Virus record (IMG/VR): IMGVR_UViG_3300050331_000011 | Span: 1 to 27,555 of that record | DNA: 27,555 nucleotides | Source: a virus | Taxonomy: Duplodnaviria > Caudoviricetes | Reading direction: 5' to 3' (one strand) | Shown: in pieces, positions 7,990 to 16,995 of the stretch | Layout: each line of letters opens with the position of its first letter | How positions within the stretch are numbered: position 1 is the stretch's first letter | The notes under the pieces: model-generated | What the model saw: only the letters and a program-made list of their open reading frames with translations | Database searches by the model: none | What the model was told of the DNA's origin: nothing | Translations under genes and position numbers: made by a program

Positions 7990-8282
7990 GCGCGAACGAC
8001 ACGGGGTGGGGAAGGCCTGACGCCGCGACGAAGTGGCACTATTTCGAGACTGGCCCCGAGTCTCTTTGCGGGCGGTGGCTTTACCTCGGTCCGAGGGATG
8101 ACGATGCCCACGATCACCCCGACAACTGCAAGGTGTGTCGTCGGAAGTTGCAGGAACGCCAAGCCGCCCTTGCGACAAAGTCTCTTGGGGAACGCGCTTG
8201 GCGCTGCCGCTGTGGCCATGGCTCTGGAACACTGAATTGCCCCCACTGCGGGGAGCCCAAACCGACGGAGGCCGCCAAATGA
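7986..8282 (+). CDS. Small Cys/His-rich putative zinc-binding protein
   Basis: ATGA overlaps at both ends; WHYF..SLCG..CKVC and WRCRCG..CPHCG motifs. Confidence 0.65.
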   Translation: MSANDTGWGRPDAATKWHYFETGPESLCGRWLYLGPRDDDAHDHPDNCKVCRRKLQERQAALATKSLGERAWRCRCGHGSGTLNCPHCGEPKPTEAAK

Positions 8283-8758
8283 TCCCCCTCAACCTCACCA
8301 AACCCGGCGTGAAGCTGGCCATCGGCCTGGGCGGCGCGCTGCTCGTGATCCTGCTCTGCCTCGCCTGCTCTTGGGCCAGCTACCGGCATGGCCGCACCGA
8401 GGAAAAGGCCTTGGGCGACGCCAAGTACGCCACGCTCCGACAGGAGTACGCCGATGCCTGGGCCAAAGCCAAAGACAAGGCGCTGGCCGAGTATGTGGCC
8501 GCCACCTTCCGGGCGGATAAGGCCGCCACCGACTACCTCACGGCCCGGCAGCGCCTGGCCGATACCCGAACCCTCATCTTGAAGGAGATACCCCATGCGA
8601 CGGCTGGCCTTGCTGCTTGCTCTTTTGGCCCTGCTTTCCTGCGCGTGTACAACCAGGCCCTTGGTCTCGGTGGCCCCAGAGTGCCCGAAGCCGCCGGTCC
8701 CGGCGGAACTGCGGCAGGCCACGCCGCCCCCGTCGCCGCTGACGCCGGGCTACGCTGA
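8279..8758 (+). CDS. Inner-membrane spanin (Rz-like)
   Basis: N-terminal TM (LAIGLGGALLVILLCLAC), Ala-rich helical region; overlapped by a lipoprotein ORF. Confidence 0.72.
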   Translation: MIPLNLTKPGVKLAIGLGGALLVILLCLACSWASYRHGRTEEKALGDAKYATLRQEYADAWAKAKDKALAEYVAATFRADKAATDYLTARQRLADTRTLILKEIPHATAGLAACSFGPAFLRVYNQALGLGGPRVPEAAGPGGTAAGHAAPVAADAGLR

Positions 8759-8888
8759 CGGAAACGCCCGCGACAACGCCACGGCTGCGGACCTGCTGAC
8801 CCACGCGGCGGACTACGGCGCATGGTGCCAGGGGGTGGCCGCCCAGCGCGACGCCCTGCTCAAACTGCTGACCGAGGAGGCCCGATAA
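8595..8888 (+). CDS. Outer-membrane lipoprotein spanin (Rz1-like)
   Basis: AAGGAG SD, signal peptide with lipobox (MRRLALLLALLALLSCAC), Pro-rich mature part, overlaps the Rz-like gene in another frame. Confidence 0.75.
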   Translation: MRRLALLLALLALLSCACTTRPLVSVAPECPKPPVPAELRQATPPPSPLTPGYADGNARDNATAADLLTHAADYGAWCQGVAAQRDALLKLLTEEAR

Positions 8889-9271
8889 TGGATTGGTGGA
8901 GTATCGCTCTTAACGTGGCTTCCCTGCTGGTGCTCGTCTTCCAGGGCCTGCTGGCGTGGGCGCTGTGGAGCCTACGGAAACAGTTCGTGTCCAGCACCCA
9001 CTGCGGCGAGCAATGCAAGGCCGCAGCTGAAAAACACGCAACGCTTGAGCTGGAGCAAGCCAAACTAAAGCAAGAGCAGGCTCGGCTTGAGCAGGCGCAG
9101 AAGGCCTTGCCCGATGCGGACGAGGTGCAGGCCATGGCCGTGCAGTTGGCCGAGATTGAAGGCAGCATCAAGGCCGTTATGGCCACGGTGCAGGGCCAGG
9201 CCGAGCTGATGCAGCGCATAGAGCGGCCGCTGAACCTGTTGCTTGAGCACCACGTGCGGGGGCCCAAATGA
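8888..9271 (+). CDS. DUF2730-like (Mu gp25-like) membrane protein
   Basis: TAATG coupling; N-terminal TM, coiled coil, LP..EV motif, C-terminal LLLEH; synteny. Confidence 0.7.
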   Translation: MDWWSIALNVASLLVLVFQGLLAWALWSLRKQFVSSTHCGEQCKAAAEKHATLELEQAKLKQEQARLEQAQKALPDADEVQAMAVQLAEIEGSIKAVMATVQGQAELMQRIERPLNLLLEHHVRGPK

Positions 9272-9615
9272 ACTTCGCGCAGCTGCTTTCAGAGGACCGC
9301 CGCCTGGTCATCCTGCGCCTGCTTTCCGCCGCGCCGGAGTACACCCTTAACGCCTTTGTGCTGCGCCCCGGCTTGGAGGCCGTAGGCCACGCCATGAGCG
9401 CGGACCAGCTGGCCACCGAGCTGGCCTGGCTTGCCGAGCAGGGCCTTGTCGCCCTTGATGCCGTGGCCGACGTGATTGTGGCGCGTCTTACCCCGCGCGG
9501 AGCGGACGTGGCCAGCGGCCGCATTGTGACGCCGGGCGTTAAACGGCCCGAGCCGGGCGTTAACGATATGATGGCCCTGGGCCTGAACCTGATACGCGGC
9601 AAGATGGGGGCGTAG
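9268..9615 (+). CDS. Mu gp26-like winged-helix protein
   Basis: EDRRLVILRLL, ELAWLAEQGLV, LTPRGADVASG..PGVKRP motifs. Confidence 0.8.
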   Translation: MNFAQLLSEDRRLVILRLLSAAPEYTLNAFVLRPGLEAVGHAMSADQLATELAWLAEQGLVALDAVADVIVARLTPRGADVASGRIVTPGVKRPEPGVNDMMALGLNLIRGKMGA

Positions 9616-9618
9616 GCC

Positions 9619-10113
9619 ATGGCCCACAAGGACGAGAAGCGCCAGGCCTTGCGCCAGGCCTATGTGTTCGACCGCCTGCCGCTGGAGACTGCGGCGGACA
9701 GAGTGGACGTTCCGCACAGCACGGCGGCGCGCTGGAAGCGCCAGGCGCGCGCGGCGGGCGAGGATTGGGACAAGCTGCGCGCGGCCATGCTGCTGGCGGG
9801 CGAGGGCATGGAGAACGTGGCCCGGCAGATGCTGGCGGACTATGTGGTGCAGCACAAGGCCCTTATGGACGAGATCAACACCAGCCCGGAGCTGGGCGCG
9901 GCGGCCAAGGTGGATATGCTGGCCAGCCTGGCCGACAGCTTCAACAAAACCGTGGCCGCCAGCCGAAAGGTGCTGCCGGAGACGAACAAGCTGGCCACGG
10001 CGTTAACCGTCATCAACCGCCTGTCTGATTTCATCCGCGCGAACTACCCGCAGCACGCGGCGGCGTTCGTGGAGATACTGGAGCCCTTCGGCGACGAACT
10101 GGCCAAGGAGTAG
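9619..10113 (+). CDS. DUF1804 family protein, probable terminase small subunit
   Basis: N-terminal HTH, TAARWK..GEDWDKLRAA, LASLADSFNK..LPE; upstream of the large terminase. Confidence 0.82.
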   Translation: MAHKDEKRQALRQAYVFDRLPLETAADRVDVPHSTAARWKRQARAAGEDWDKLRAAMLLAGEGMENVARQMLADYVVQHKALMDEINTSPELGAAAKVDMLASLADSFNKTVAASRKVLPETNKLATALTVINRLSDFIRANYPQHAAAFVEILEPFGDELAKE

Positions 10114-10116
10114 CCC

Positions 10117-11769
10117 ATGCCCAAGATTCCGGCCAAGTTTGGCACAAAGGACTTCCTCAAGGAGCTGGGCGACCTCGCCTCATCCTTGCGCCAACAGATA
10201 GAGGCCGAGTGCTCCGGCTTCGCGCCGGACCCTGCGGCGTCGAAAGAGCGCAAGGCGCAGGCGCAGAACGACTTCGCGTTCTTCCGGCGCACCTACTTCC
10301 CGCACTACACCAAGTATGGCGATAGCATCCTGCACACCTGGCTGGACGACAACCTGCCGCGCCTGGTGGACCTGCCCGCAGGGCAGCGCCTGGCCGTGGC
10401 CGCCCCGCGCGGCGAGGCCAAGTCCACGGTGGTGGGCCTGCAATTCGTGCTCTGGTGCGGCGTAACCGGGCGCAAGCGGTACATGCTGGAAATTGCCGAC
10501 GCCTTCGAGCAGGCCGCCGCCCAACTGGAGGCCGTCAAGGCCGAGCTTGAGGCAAACCCGCGCCTGGCCCTGGACTTCCCGGAGCACTGCGGCCAGGGCC
10601 GCGTGTGGAACGCGGGCGTCATCATCACCAGCGGACAGGTCAAAATTCAGGCCTTTGGCGCGAACAAACGCATGCGCGGCCTGCGCCACGGCCCGCACAG
10701 GCCGGACCTAGTTATTTGCGATGACCTGGAGAACGACGAGAACGTGAAGAGCCCGGAACAGCGCGACAAGCTGGAGAAGTGGCTGCGCCGCACCGTGCTC
10801 TCGCTGGGCGAAGCGGGCGACACCATGGACGTGTTCGTCATCGGCACCGTGCTGCACCATGATTCCGTGCTCTCCCGCCTGCTGGCCGCGCCCCTGTGGC
10901 GGCACAAGAAGTTCCGCGCCATCCTCACCTGGCCAGACCGCATGGACCTGTGGGATGCCTGGGAAGAAACACTCTTGAACGAGGGCGAAGAGGCGGCCCT
11001 GGCGTATTACGGCGAGCACCTAGCGGACATGGAACTCGGCGCCAGCGTTTCCTGGGCATCCGCCCGGCCCTTGTACAGCCTCATGCTCAAGCGCGCGCGC
11101 GACGGGCACGACGCCTTTGATTCCGAGCAGCAGAACGCCCCCGGCAGCGGCGACGATGCCCCGTTCAAGGTCATCACCTTCTGGGTGGACATTCGGCACG
11201 ACTGGCTGTTCTTCGGCGCGGTGGACCCCAGCCTGGGCAAGAAGGGCAAAAGCCGCGACCCCTCGGCCATCCTGGTGGGCGGCTGGTGCCGCGACACCAT
11301 GACGCTGGACGTGGTGGAGGCCAGCATACGCAAGCGCCTGCCCGACCGCATCATCGAGGACGTTCTGGCCATGCACGCGCAATACCGCTGCCTGCTGTGG
11401 GCCGTGGAGGCCGTGCAGTTCCAGGAGTTCCTCCGCACGGAGCTTATCCGCCGGGCGACCGAGCGCCGCATGGTCATTCCGGCCAAGGCCGTGGTGCCCC
11501 ATGCGGACAAGACCCTGCGCATCGAAAGCCTGCAACCCTATTTTGCCCAGGGGCGTATTCGCCTGCACCCCTCGCAGAGCACGCTCATTGAGCAGTTCCG
11601 CAACTTCCCCCTGGCCGACCATGACGACGGCCCGGACGCAACGCACATGCTGTGGGAAATCGCCGTGGGCGGCTTCACCACCATGGCCTTCGACCCCGTG
11701 CCCAAGGATTCCGGCCCCAACTCGCGCAACCTCTGGAGCGGTACCGATGAAGACGACGACGATTATTGA
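10117..11769 (+). CDS. terL: Terminase large subunit
   Basis: APRGEAKST Walker A, RPDLVICDDLEND Walker B, VIGT motif, nuclease acidic residues GAVDPS and HDDGPDA. Confidence 0.92.
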   Translation: MPKIPAKFGTKDFLKELGDLASSLRQQIEAECSGFAPDPAASKERKAQAQNDFAFFRRTYFPHYTKYGDSILHTWLDDNLPRLVDLPAGQRLAVAAPRGEAKSTVVGLQFVLWCGVTGRKRYMLEIADAFEQAAAQLEAVKAELEANPRLALDFPEHCGQGRVWNAGVIITSGQVKIQAFGANKRMRGLRHGPHRPDLVICDDLENDENVKSPEQRDKLEKWLRRTVLSLGEAGDTMDVFVIGTVLHHDSVLSRLLAAPLWRHKKFRAILTWPDRMDLWDAWEETLLNEGEEAALAYYGEHLADMELGASVSWASARPLYSLMLKRARDGHDAFDSEQQNAPGSGDDAPFKVITFWVDIRHDWLFFGAVDPSLGKKGKSRDPSAILVGGWCRDTMTLDVVEASIRKRLPDRIIEDVLAMHAQYRCLLWAVEAVQFQEFLRTELIRRATERRMVIPAKAVVPHADKTLRIESLQPYFAQGRIRLHPSQSTLIEQFRNFPLADHDDGPDATHMLWEIAVGGFTTMAFDPVPKDSGPNSRNLWSGTDEDDDDY

Positions 11770-13369
11770 CCGGTTCAAGGCGGGCTTGGGCGGCCTATTC
11801 CGCAAAGGCCCGGCCGAGGAAATGCAGTCTGAGGCCCTGGCCCTGCTGCGGAGCGAGTTTTTGGCCAGCCTCACGGGCGGGCTCACCCCGGCCAAGCTGA
11901 ATCACATCCTGGCCAACGCGGACGCGGGCGACATCGGGGATATGTACCGCCTGTTCGCGGACATCGAAGACCGCGACGAGCACATCCACGCCGAGCTTTC
12001 CAAGCGCCGCCGGGCGCTCCTTGGCCCGCAGTGGAGCATCATGCCCGGCAAGGGCACGGGCACGGCCAAGAACCCGGATAAGCGCGCCATGGCCATTGCC
12101 GAGGCCGTGCGCGAGCAGTTTGACAGCATACCGGACTTTGAGGACATGGTGCTGGACCTGGCCGACGGCATCGGCCACGGCTTTGCCGCGCTGGAAATTG
12201 AATGGGGCTTTGACGGCCGCGCCCACGTGCCCGTGGGCCTGCACCACCGGCCGCAGACCTGGTTCCAGCTGCTGCCCCCGCAGTTCGGCGGCGACGGCAA
12301 CAGCTTGCGCCTGCGCGACGGCAGCATGGAGGGCCTGCCGCTCCAGCCCCTGGGCTGGGTGCTGCACCGCCACCGCAGCAAGTCTGGCTGGCTGGCCCGC
12401 TCCGGCCTGTTCCGCGTGCTGGTGTGGACCTTCTTGCTCAAGGGTTACGCGCGCGGCGACTTTGCCGAGTTCCTGGAGATCCACGGGCTCCCCCTGCGCG
12501 TGGGCACCTATCCGACCACGGCCACCAAGGAGGACAAGGCCGCCCTGAAGCGCGCCATCCAAGCCATTGGCCACGACGCGGCGGGCATCATCCCCGATGG
12601 AATGCTCATCGACTTCAAGGAGGCGGCCAAAGGCAGCGAGAAGCCCTTTGAAGCCATGTTGGCGCACTGCGAGCGTGGCCAGAGCAAGGCCATCCTGGGT
12701 GGCACCCTCACCAGCCAGGCCGACGGCAAGAGCAGCACCAACGCCCTGGGCAAGATTCATGACGAGGTGCGCCGCGACATCATGGCCAGCGACGCCCGGC
12801 AGATCGCCAGCACCATCACCCAGCAGCTGCTCATGCCCCTGGCTGTGCTCAACCAAGGCGTGAGCGACCCGGCCTTGCTGCCGTGGTTCAAGTTCGACGT
12901 GAGCGACCCGGCGGATTTGGGCGAGCTGGCCGAGGCCCTGCCCAAGCTGGCCGAGTGCATGCGCATCCCCGAAGCCTGGGCGCATGAGAAGGCGGGCATC
13001 CCTCTGCCCGAGGGCGATGAACCCGTGTTGCGCGTGGCTGGCCAGGCGCAGGAGCCGCCGTTAAACGGCAAGCCCAAGCCCGCGCCCCTCACCGCCGCGC
13101 TAACGGCTGGTGACGGCCAGGCAGGCTTTCCCGACCAGGACGCCCTGGAGGCAGCCACCGTGCCGGAAGCCACGCTGCAACGCATCATGGAACAACTGAC
13201 GGGCAGCCTGGTGACGGAGCTGAAGGACGGCAAGACGCCGGACGAGCTGTTGGCCGCGCTGGCCAGCCACTACCCGCGCATGGAGACCCGCGACATGGAG
13301 GAGCTGCTGGCGCGTGCCATGTTCGTGTCCGAAGTGTGGGGCCGCGTTTCGGCCCAGGGCGAGGAGTAA
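11747..13369 (+). CDS. Portal protein (DUF935 / Mu gp29-like)
   Basis: Start 11747 preferred over 11501; DFAEFLEIHGLPLRVGTY, SKAILGGTLTSQADG..STNALGKIHDEVR motifs. Confidence 0.92.
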   Translation: MKTTTIIDRFKAGLGGLFRKGPAEEMQSEALALLRSEFLASLTGGLTPAKLNHILANADAGDIGDMYRLFADIEDRDEHIHAELSKRRRALLGPQWSIMPGKGTGTAKNPDKRAMAIAEAVREQFDSIPDFEDMVLDLADGIGHGFAALEIEWGFDGRAHVPVGLHHRPQTWFQLLPPQFGGDGNSLRLRDGSMEGLPLQPLGWVLHRHRSKSGWLARSGLFRVLVWTFLLKGYARGDFAEFLEIHGLPLRVGTYPTTATKEDKAALKRAIQAIGHDAAGIIPDGMLIDFKEAAKGSEKPFEAMLAHCERGQSKAILGGTLTSQADGKSSTNALGKIHDEVRRDIMASDARQIASTITQQLLMPLAVLNQGVSDPALLPWFKFDVSDPADLGELAEALPKLAECMRIPEAWAHEKAGIPLPEGDEPVLRVAGQAQEPPLNGKPKPAPLTAALTAGDGQAGFPDQDALEAATVPEATLQRIMEQLTGSLVTELKDGKTPDELLAALASHYPRMETRDMEELLARAMFVSEVWGRVSAQGEE

Positions 13370-13370
13370 C

Positions 13371-13631
13371 ATGAAGCTGGAGCTTGAAGACCTCACCAAG
13401 GATGAGCTGATCCGCGTGATTCGGAAGTTTGCATGGCTGCACGCAAGCCAACGAGACTTGCTGTTTGTTCGGTGGGACACCTTGACGAAACGGGCGGACG
13501 CGCTGTTGGGGGAAAGCATCAAGGCGGGCAATGCCGGAGACTGGAAGCTCGCCGATAAACGATATGGCGAGTACGAGAAAGTGCAGAAAAGGGCCGACGC
13601 CGTGTACGCCGCCGGTATGGGGCAGATGTAG
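13371..13631 (+). CDS. Small hypothetical helical protein between portal and MuF
   Basis: GAGGAG SD, 86 aa, fills the gap exactly, lower GC than neighbours. Confidence 0.7.
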   Translation: MKLELEDLTKDELIRVIRKFAWLHASQRDLLFVRWDTLTKRADALLGESIKAGNAGDWKLADKRYGEYEKVQKRADAVYAAGMGQM

Positions 13632-13633
13632 CC

Positions 13634-14990
13634 ATGGCCATCCCTGAAGGCGTCTCCCTCTCCTTCGCCATGAGCCTGCCGCCCAAGGACGCCATCAGCT
13701 ATCTTGAGTCCAAAGGGGCCAAGATCACGTTCAACTGGCATGAGGTGTGGCAGGGTGCCCAGGCCAAGGCCTTCACCGTGGTGGGCGTGGCCCGCATGGA
13801 CGTGCTGGAGGACATCCGGGGCGCGGTGAAGCAGGCGCTGACCGAAGGCCGGACGCAGAAGATGTTCGCCAAAGACCTGGAGCCCGTGCTGCGGGCCAAG
13901 GGCTGGTGGGGCAAGCGAACCGAGATCGGCGCGGACGGCAAGGAACGCCAGGTGCAAATGGGCAGCCCGGCCAGGCTGAAGCTCATCTACCGCCAGAACA
14001 TGCAGACCGCCTACATGGCCGGGCGCTACAAGCAAATGCTGGAGAACGCCGACAACCGCCCCTGGTGGCGCTACGTGGCCGTGCTGGACCAACGCACCAG
14101 ACCCGCGCACCGGCTGCTGAACGGCCGAACCTTCCGCTTTGATGATGCGTTCTGGTCTAGCCACTACCCGCCCAACGGCTGGGGCTGCCGCTGCCGCGTG
14201 CAGGCGCTCTCGGACATGGGCCTGGAGCGCGAGGGCATCACCCCGGAGAGCGGCGAGGGCAACATGCGCACGCGTGACGTGGAGCTTGTGGACCGCCGCA
14301 CGGGCGAGGCCACCATGCGCCAGGTCACGGGCTACAAGGTGGGCACCGCCCCGGACGCGCCCACGGTGTGGACCGACCCCGGCTTTTCGTACAACCCCGG
14401 CGCGGCGGCCTATGGCCTGGACATGGAGGCCGCCCGGCGGCTCTCCCTGGTGCAGGACACGCAGCTGCGCGCCCAGGCAGTGCAGGCGCTGAACGGCAAC
14501 CCGGCCCGGCGGCAGGCCTGGGAGAACTTCGCGCGCGAGGTGCTGAACACCCGGCGCGGCGGCACGGCCCAAGCCCAGGTGGTGCACTTCATGCGCAACG
14601 CCGTGGCCCAGGCTGTGACCGAAGTCGGCGGCGAGCCGGTGCAGGTGGTCACGGCCAGCGCCAGGCGCATCTTGCACGCGGACAGCGCCAAGCACCGCCG
14701 CATGGGCACGGCCCCGGCGCAGGAGGATTTGCTGCGCCTGCCGCAGCTGCTGGACGAAAGCAACGGCCGTGCTGTGGGACGCGGACAACGCGAACCTGTT
14801 TTACGAGTGCCCAACGAAAGAGCCCGGCAAGGTGCTCAAGGTGGTGGTGGACGTGCCCATGCGTCCCAAGGACGCCAAGGGCCTGGGCAAGCTGGGGCGC
14901 TTTGACGCCGTGGTGAACGTGATGGAGGTGTTGTCTTCGGACATCCCGCTTGGCGGGCAGTCGCAGTACAAAAGACTTTGGCCAAAATAA
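13634..14990 (+). CDS. MuF (gp30) head morphogenesis protein with C-terminal putative PBECR-like nuclease domain; one extra base at 14757-14759
   Basis: MuF motifs RLKLIYRQN, DQRTRPAH, YPPNGWGCRCRV, DPGFSYNPG; removing one A joins LPQLLDE to ATAVLWDADNANLFY..KVVV, ending at TAA 14990 (451 aa). Confidence 0.8.
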
Positions 14991-15084
14991 TAACCCCGTG
15001 GGGGCGGACTTGCACCGCATACCGCGAGGAGGTTTCCCTCCCCCCGCCCGATTACTACCAGCTTCGGGTACGCCCACAGGGTCA
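14991..15084 (-). ncRNA. tRNA-like structured RNA without anticodon loop or encoded CCA
   Basis: Minus strand: 12-bp closing stem, UA, CCCGA/AGCTGGTAGTAA/TCGGG D-like arm, GGGGAGG/GAAA/CCTCCTC arm, GCGG/TGCAAGT/CCGC T-like arm. Confidence 0.65.
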
Positions 15085-15089
15085 AGGAA

Positions 15090-15118
15090 AAAATACGCAT
15101 GATTGTAATTGAAGTCAA
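15090..15118 (-). promoter_or_regulatory. Putative sigma70 promoter for the tRNA-like RNA
   Basis: TTGACT (15118-15113), 17-nt spacer, TATTTT (15095-15090); predicted +1 near 15083, at the 5' end of the closing stem. Confidence 0.6.
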
Positions 15119-15683
15119 TATAGACAGCGTGAAAAATGGACTCACGCGCCTAGCCGCGCTTGGCCAGAACATGACGCCGCTGACGCGCGACCTGGCGGAA
15201 ATCTTGAAGGGTGGCGTGGACCGCGCCTTTGCCGACGAGAAAGACCCGGCCACGGGCGAGAAGTGGCACCCGCTTTCTCCGGCCACCCTGGCCAGGCGCG
15301 CCAAGGCCGGACACACCGGCTCTATCCTCCAGGTGACGGGCCAGCTAGCCAGCAGCATACAGACGGAGCACGGCCCGCACCACGCTGCCGTGCTCACCAG
15401 CGACGTGCGCGCCCCCACGCACCAGTTCGGGGCCAAGAAGGGCAGCTACGGCACGGCCAAGCGCGGCACGCGGGGCACGGGCCGCCGCAACCCGCGCAAC
15501 TACACCGCGCGCGGCGGGGCCACCGTGGGCGGCTGGCTCTCCGGCCGGGCGCAGGGCGGCACCATGCCCTTGCCCTGGGGCGACATCCCGGCACGGCCCT
15601 TCCTGGGTATCGGCAAGCCGGAGGAAGCGGAAATTGAGGAGAGCCTTTCTAGGGCCGTGCGGCGGGCGCTGGCAGGGGCATAG
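15099..15683 (+). CDS. Virion morphogenesis protein (Mu gpG/gp31)
   Basis: DPATGEKWHPLSPAT, ILQVTGQLASSI, HQFG, IPARPFLGI motifs. Confidence 0.9.
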   Translation: MIVIEVNIDSVKNGLTRLAALGQNMTPLTRDLAEILKGGVDRAFADEKDPATGEKWHPLSPATLARRAKAGHTGSILQVTGQLASSIQTEHGPHHAAVLTSDVRAPTHQFGAKKGSYGTAKRGTRGTGRRNPRNYTARGGATVGGWLSGRAQGGTMPLPWGDIPARPFLGIGKPEEAEIEESLSRAVRRALAGA

Positions 15684-15751
15684 GGCGCGCGCTGGCGTCG
15701 CGTTGGTTCTAACGCCACTCTAACGCCCAAAGCGGCCGGGACTGGCCGCCT

Positions 15752-15807
15752 ACTGAAACCCTTCATCCTGTCCCGCCTCCCCCTGCCACCCTAAAACGGG
15801 TGGCATG
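15752..15807 (+). promoter_or_regulatory. Putative late promoter, copy 2 (PI-like)
   Basis: ACTGAAacccTTCAtCCTGTCC..tgccacccTAAAACgggtggcATG directly before the protease gene. Confidence 0.7.
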
Positions 15808-16995
15808 AAGCGCAAGCCCACCGACACCACACACAACGTCGCCAGCCTGGCCATGCCCCTTTCGGGGGGTGTGGCCTTGGCTGTTGGCGTTTCGGCAGAG
15901 GACATGCCGCCGGGCATGAACGCCCAGCTCTTCCCCGACGGCAGCTTCGCCGCGCGCGATGGCCGCCCGGCCAGCATCACCGAGGGCGCGCTCACTGCCT
16001 GGCTCATGGATGCGGACATTGCCGCCGCCGTGATCGCCAAGGTTGAGGCGCGCGCGTCCCAGCTGCCCGTGGACTATGAGCACCAGCTGCTGCTGGCCAA
16101 GCAAAACGGCAAGCCCGCGCCCTCCTCCGGGTGGATAACCGCCGTCAGCTACGTGCCCGGCCGGGGGCTCTTCGCCGCCGTGGACTGGAAGGCCCGCGCC
16201 CGCGAGCACATCTCGGCCGACGAATACCGCTACATTTCCCCCGTCTTCCGCTTCGACATAGCCACCGGCGCGGTGCTCGAAATCTTGAGCGTCGCGCTCA
16301 CCAACAACCCGGCCCTGGACGGCATGGACGCCGTGGCCCTGGCCGCGCTGTTCCCTTCAACCACTACCGCAACAACGGAGGACAACATGGACGAACTTTT
16401 GGAACGGCTGCGCTGGCTGCTCAACCTGCCCATCACCGCCACGGCGGAGGAGATCGTGGCGCAGCTGGACAAGCTCAAGGCGCAGATCACCGGCGGCGAC
16501 GCCGCAGCCGCGAGCGTGGACCTGCTGGCCCTGCTCAAGGACCAGAAAGAGAAGGATGATCAGTTGGCCGCCCTCACCAGCCAGGTGGCCGGGCTTTCCG
16601 AAGGGCCGGACCCGGCCAAGTTTGCGCCCGTGGCCGCGCTGGCCAGCTTGCAGCAGGCCAACGCCGAGCTAAAAACCCAGGTGGCGCAGCTGACCAGCGG
16701 CGCGCAGGCCACCAAGGTGGACACGCTGATCCAGGCCGCCCTGGCCGATGGACGGCTCACCGCTGGCCTGGAGCCCTGGGCGCGCCAACTGGGGGCCAAG
16801 GACGAGGCCGCGCTTACCACCTTCCTTACCGCCGCCGCGCCCGTGGCCGCGCTCGGCTCCATGCAGAGCAGCGGGCTGCCCGGCGGCGCTCCCCCGGCCA
16901 GCGGCACCGCCGCCCTTTCGGCTGACGAAGCCTACGCCGCCGACCAGTTCGGCATGACTCCTGAAGAATACAAGAAAGCCAAGGAGGCCAAGTAA
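15805..16995 (+). CDS. Prohead protease (Mu gpI) with C-terminal scaffold
   Basis: LPVDYEHQ, EYRYISPVF, VALTNNPALDGM motifs; Ala-rich helical C-terminus. Confidence 0.92.
   Translation: MKRKPTDTTHNVASLAMPLSGGVALAVGVSAEDMPPGMNAQLFPDGSFAARDGRPASITEGALTAWLMDADIAAAVIAKVEARASQLPVDYEHQLLLAKQNGKPAPSSGWITAVSYVPGRGLFAAVDWKARAREHISADEYRYISPVFRFDIATGAVLEILSVALTNNPALDGMDAVALAALFPSTTTATTEDNMDELLERLRWLLNLPITATAEEIVAQLDKLKAQITGGDAAAASVDLLALLKDQKEKDDQLAALTSQVAGLSEGPDPAKFAPVAALASLQQANAELKTQVAQLTSGAQATKVDTLIQAALADGRLTAGLEPWARQLGAKDEAALTTFLTAAAPVAALGSMQSSGLPGGAPPASGTAALSADEAYAADQFGMTPEEYKKAKEAK
16387..16995 (+). CDS. Internal in-frame scaffolding protein (Mu gpZ-like)
   Basis: GGAGG SD before the in-frame ATG (MDELLERLRWLLNLP), after a Thr-rich linker. 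Confidence 0.65.
   Translation: MDELLERLRWLLNLPITATAEEIVAQLDKLKAQITGGDAAAASVDLLALLKDQKEKDDQLAALTSQVAGLSEGPDPAKFAPVAALASLQQANAELKTQVAQLTSGAQATKVDTLIQAALADGRLTAGLEPWARQLGAKDEAALTTFLTAAAPVAALGSMQSSGLPGGAPPASGTAALSADEAYAADQFGMTPEEYKKAKEAK

Noticed and set aside
11501-11746. N-terminal extension of the portal ORF in the ORF track
   Set aside because: Lies inside terL with shadow composition; ATG 11747 has a GGAG SD
14991-15084. Canonical tRNA gene or tRNA attachment site
   Set aside because: No 7-nt anticodon loop, no CCA, non-canonical T loop; Mu-like phages do not integrate via tRNA att sites
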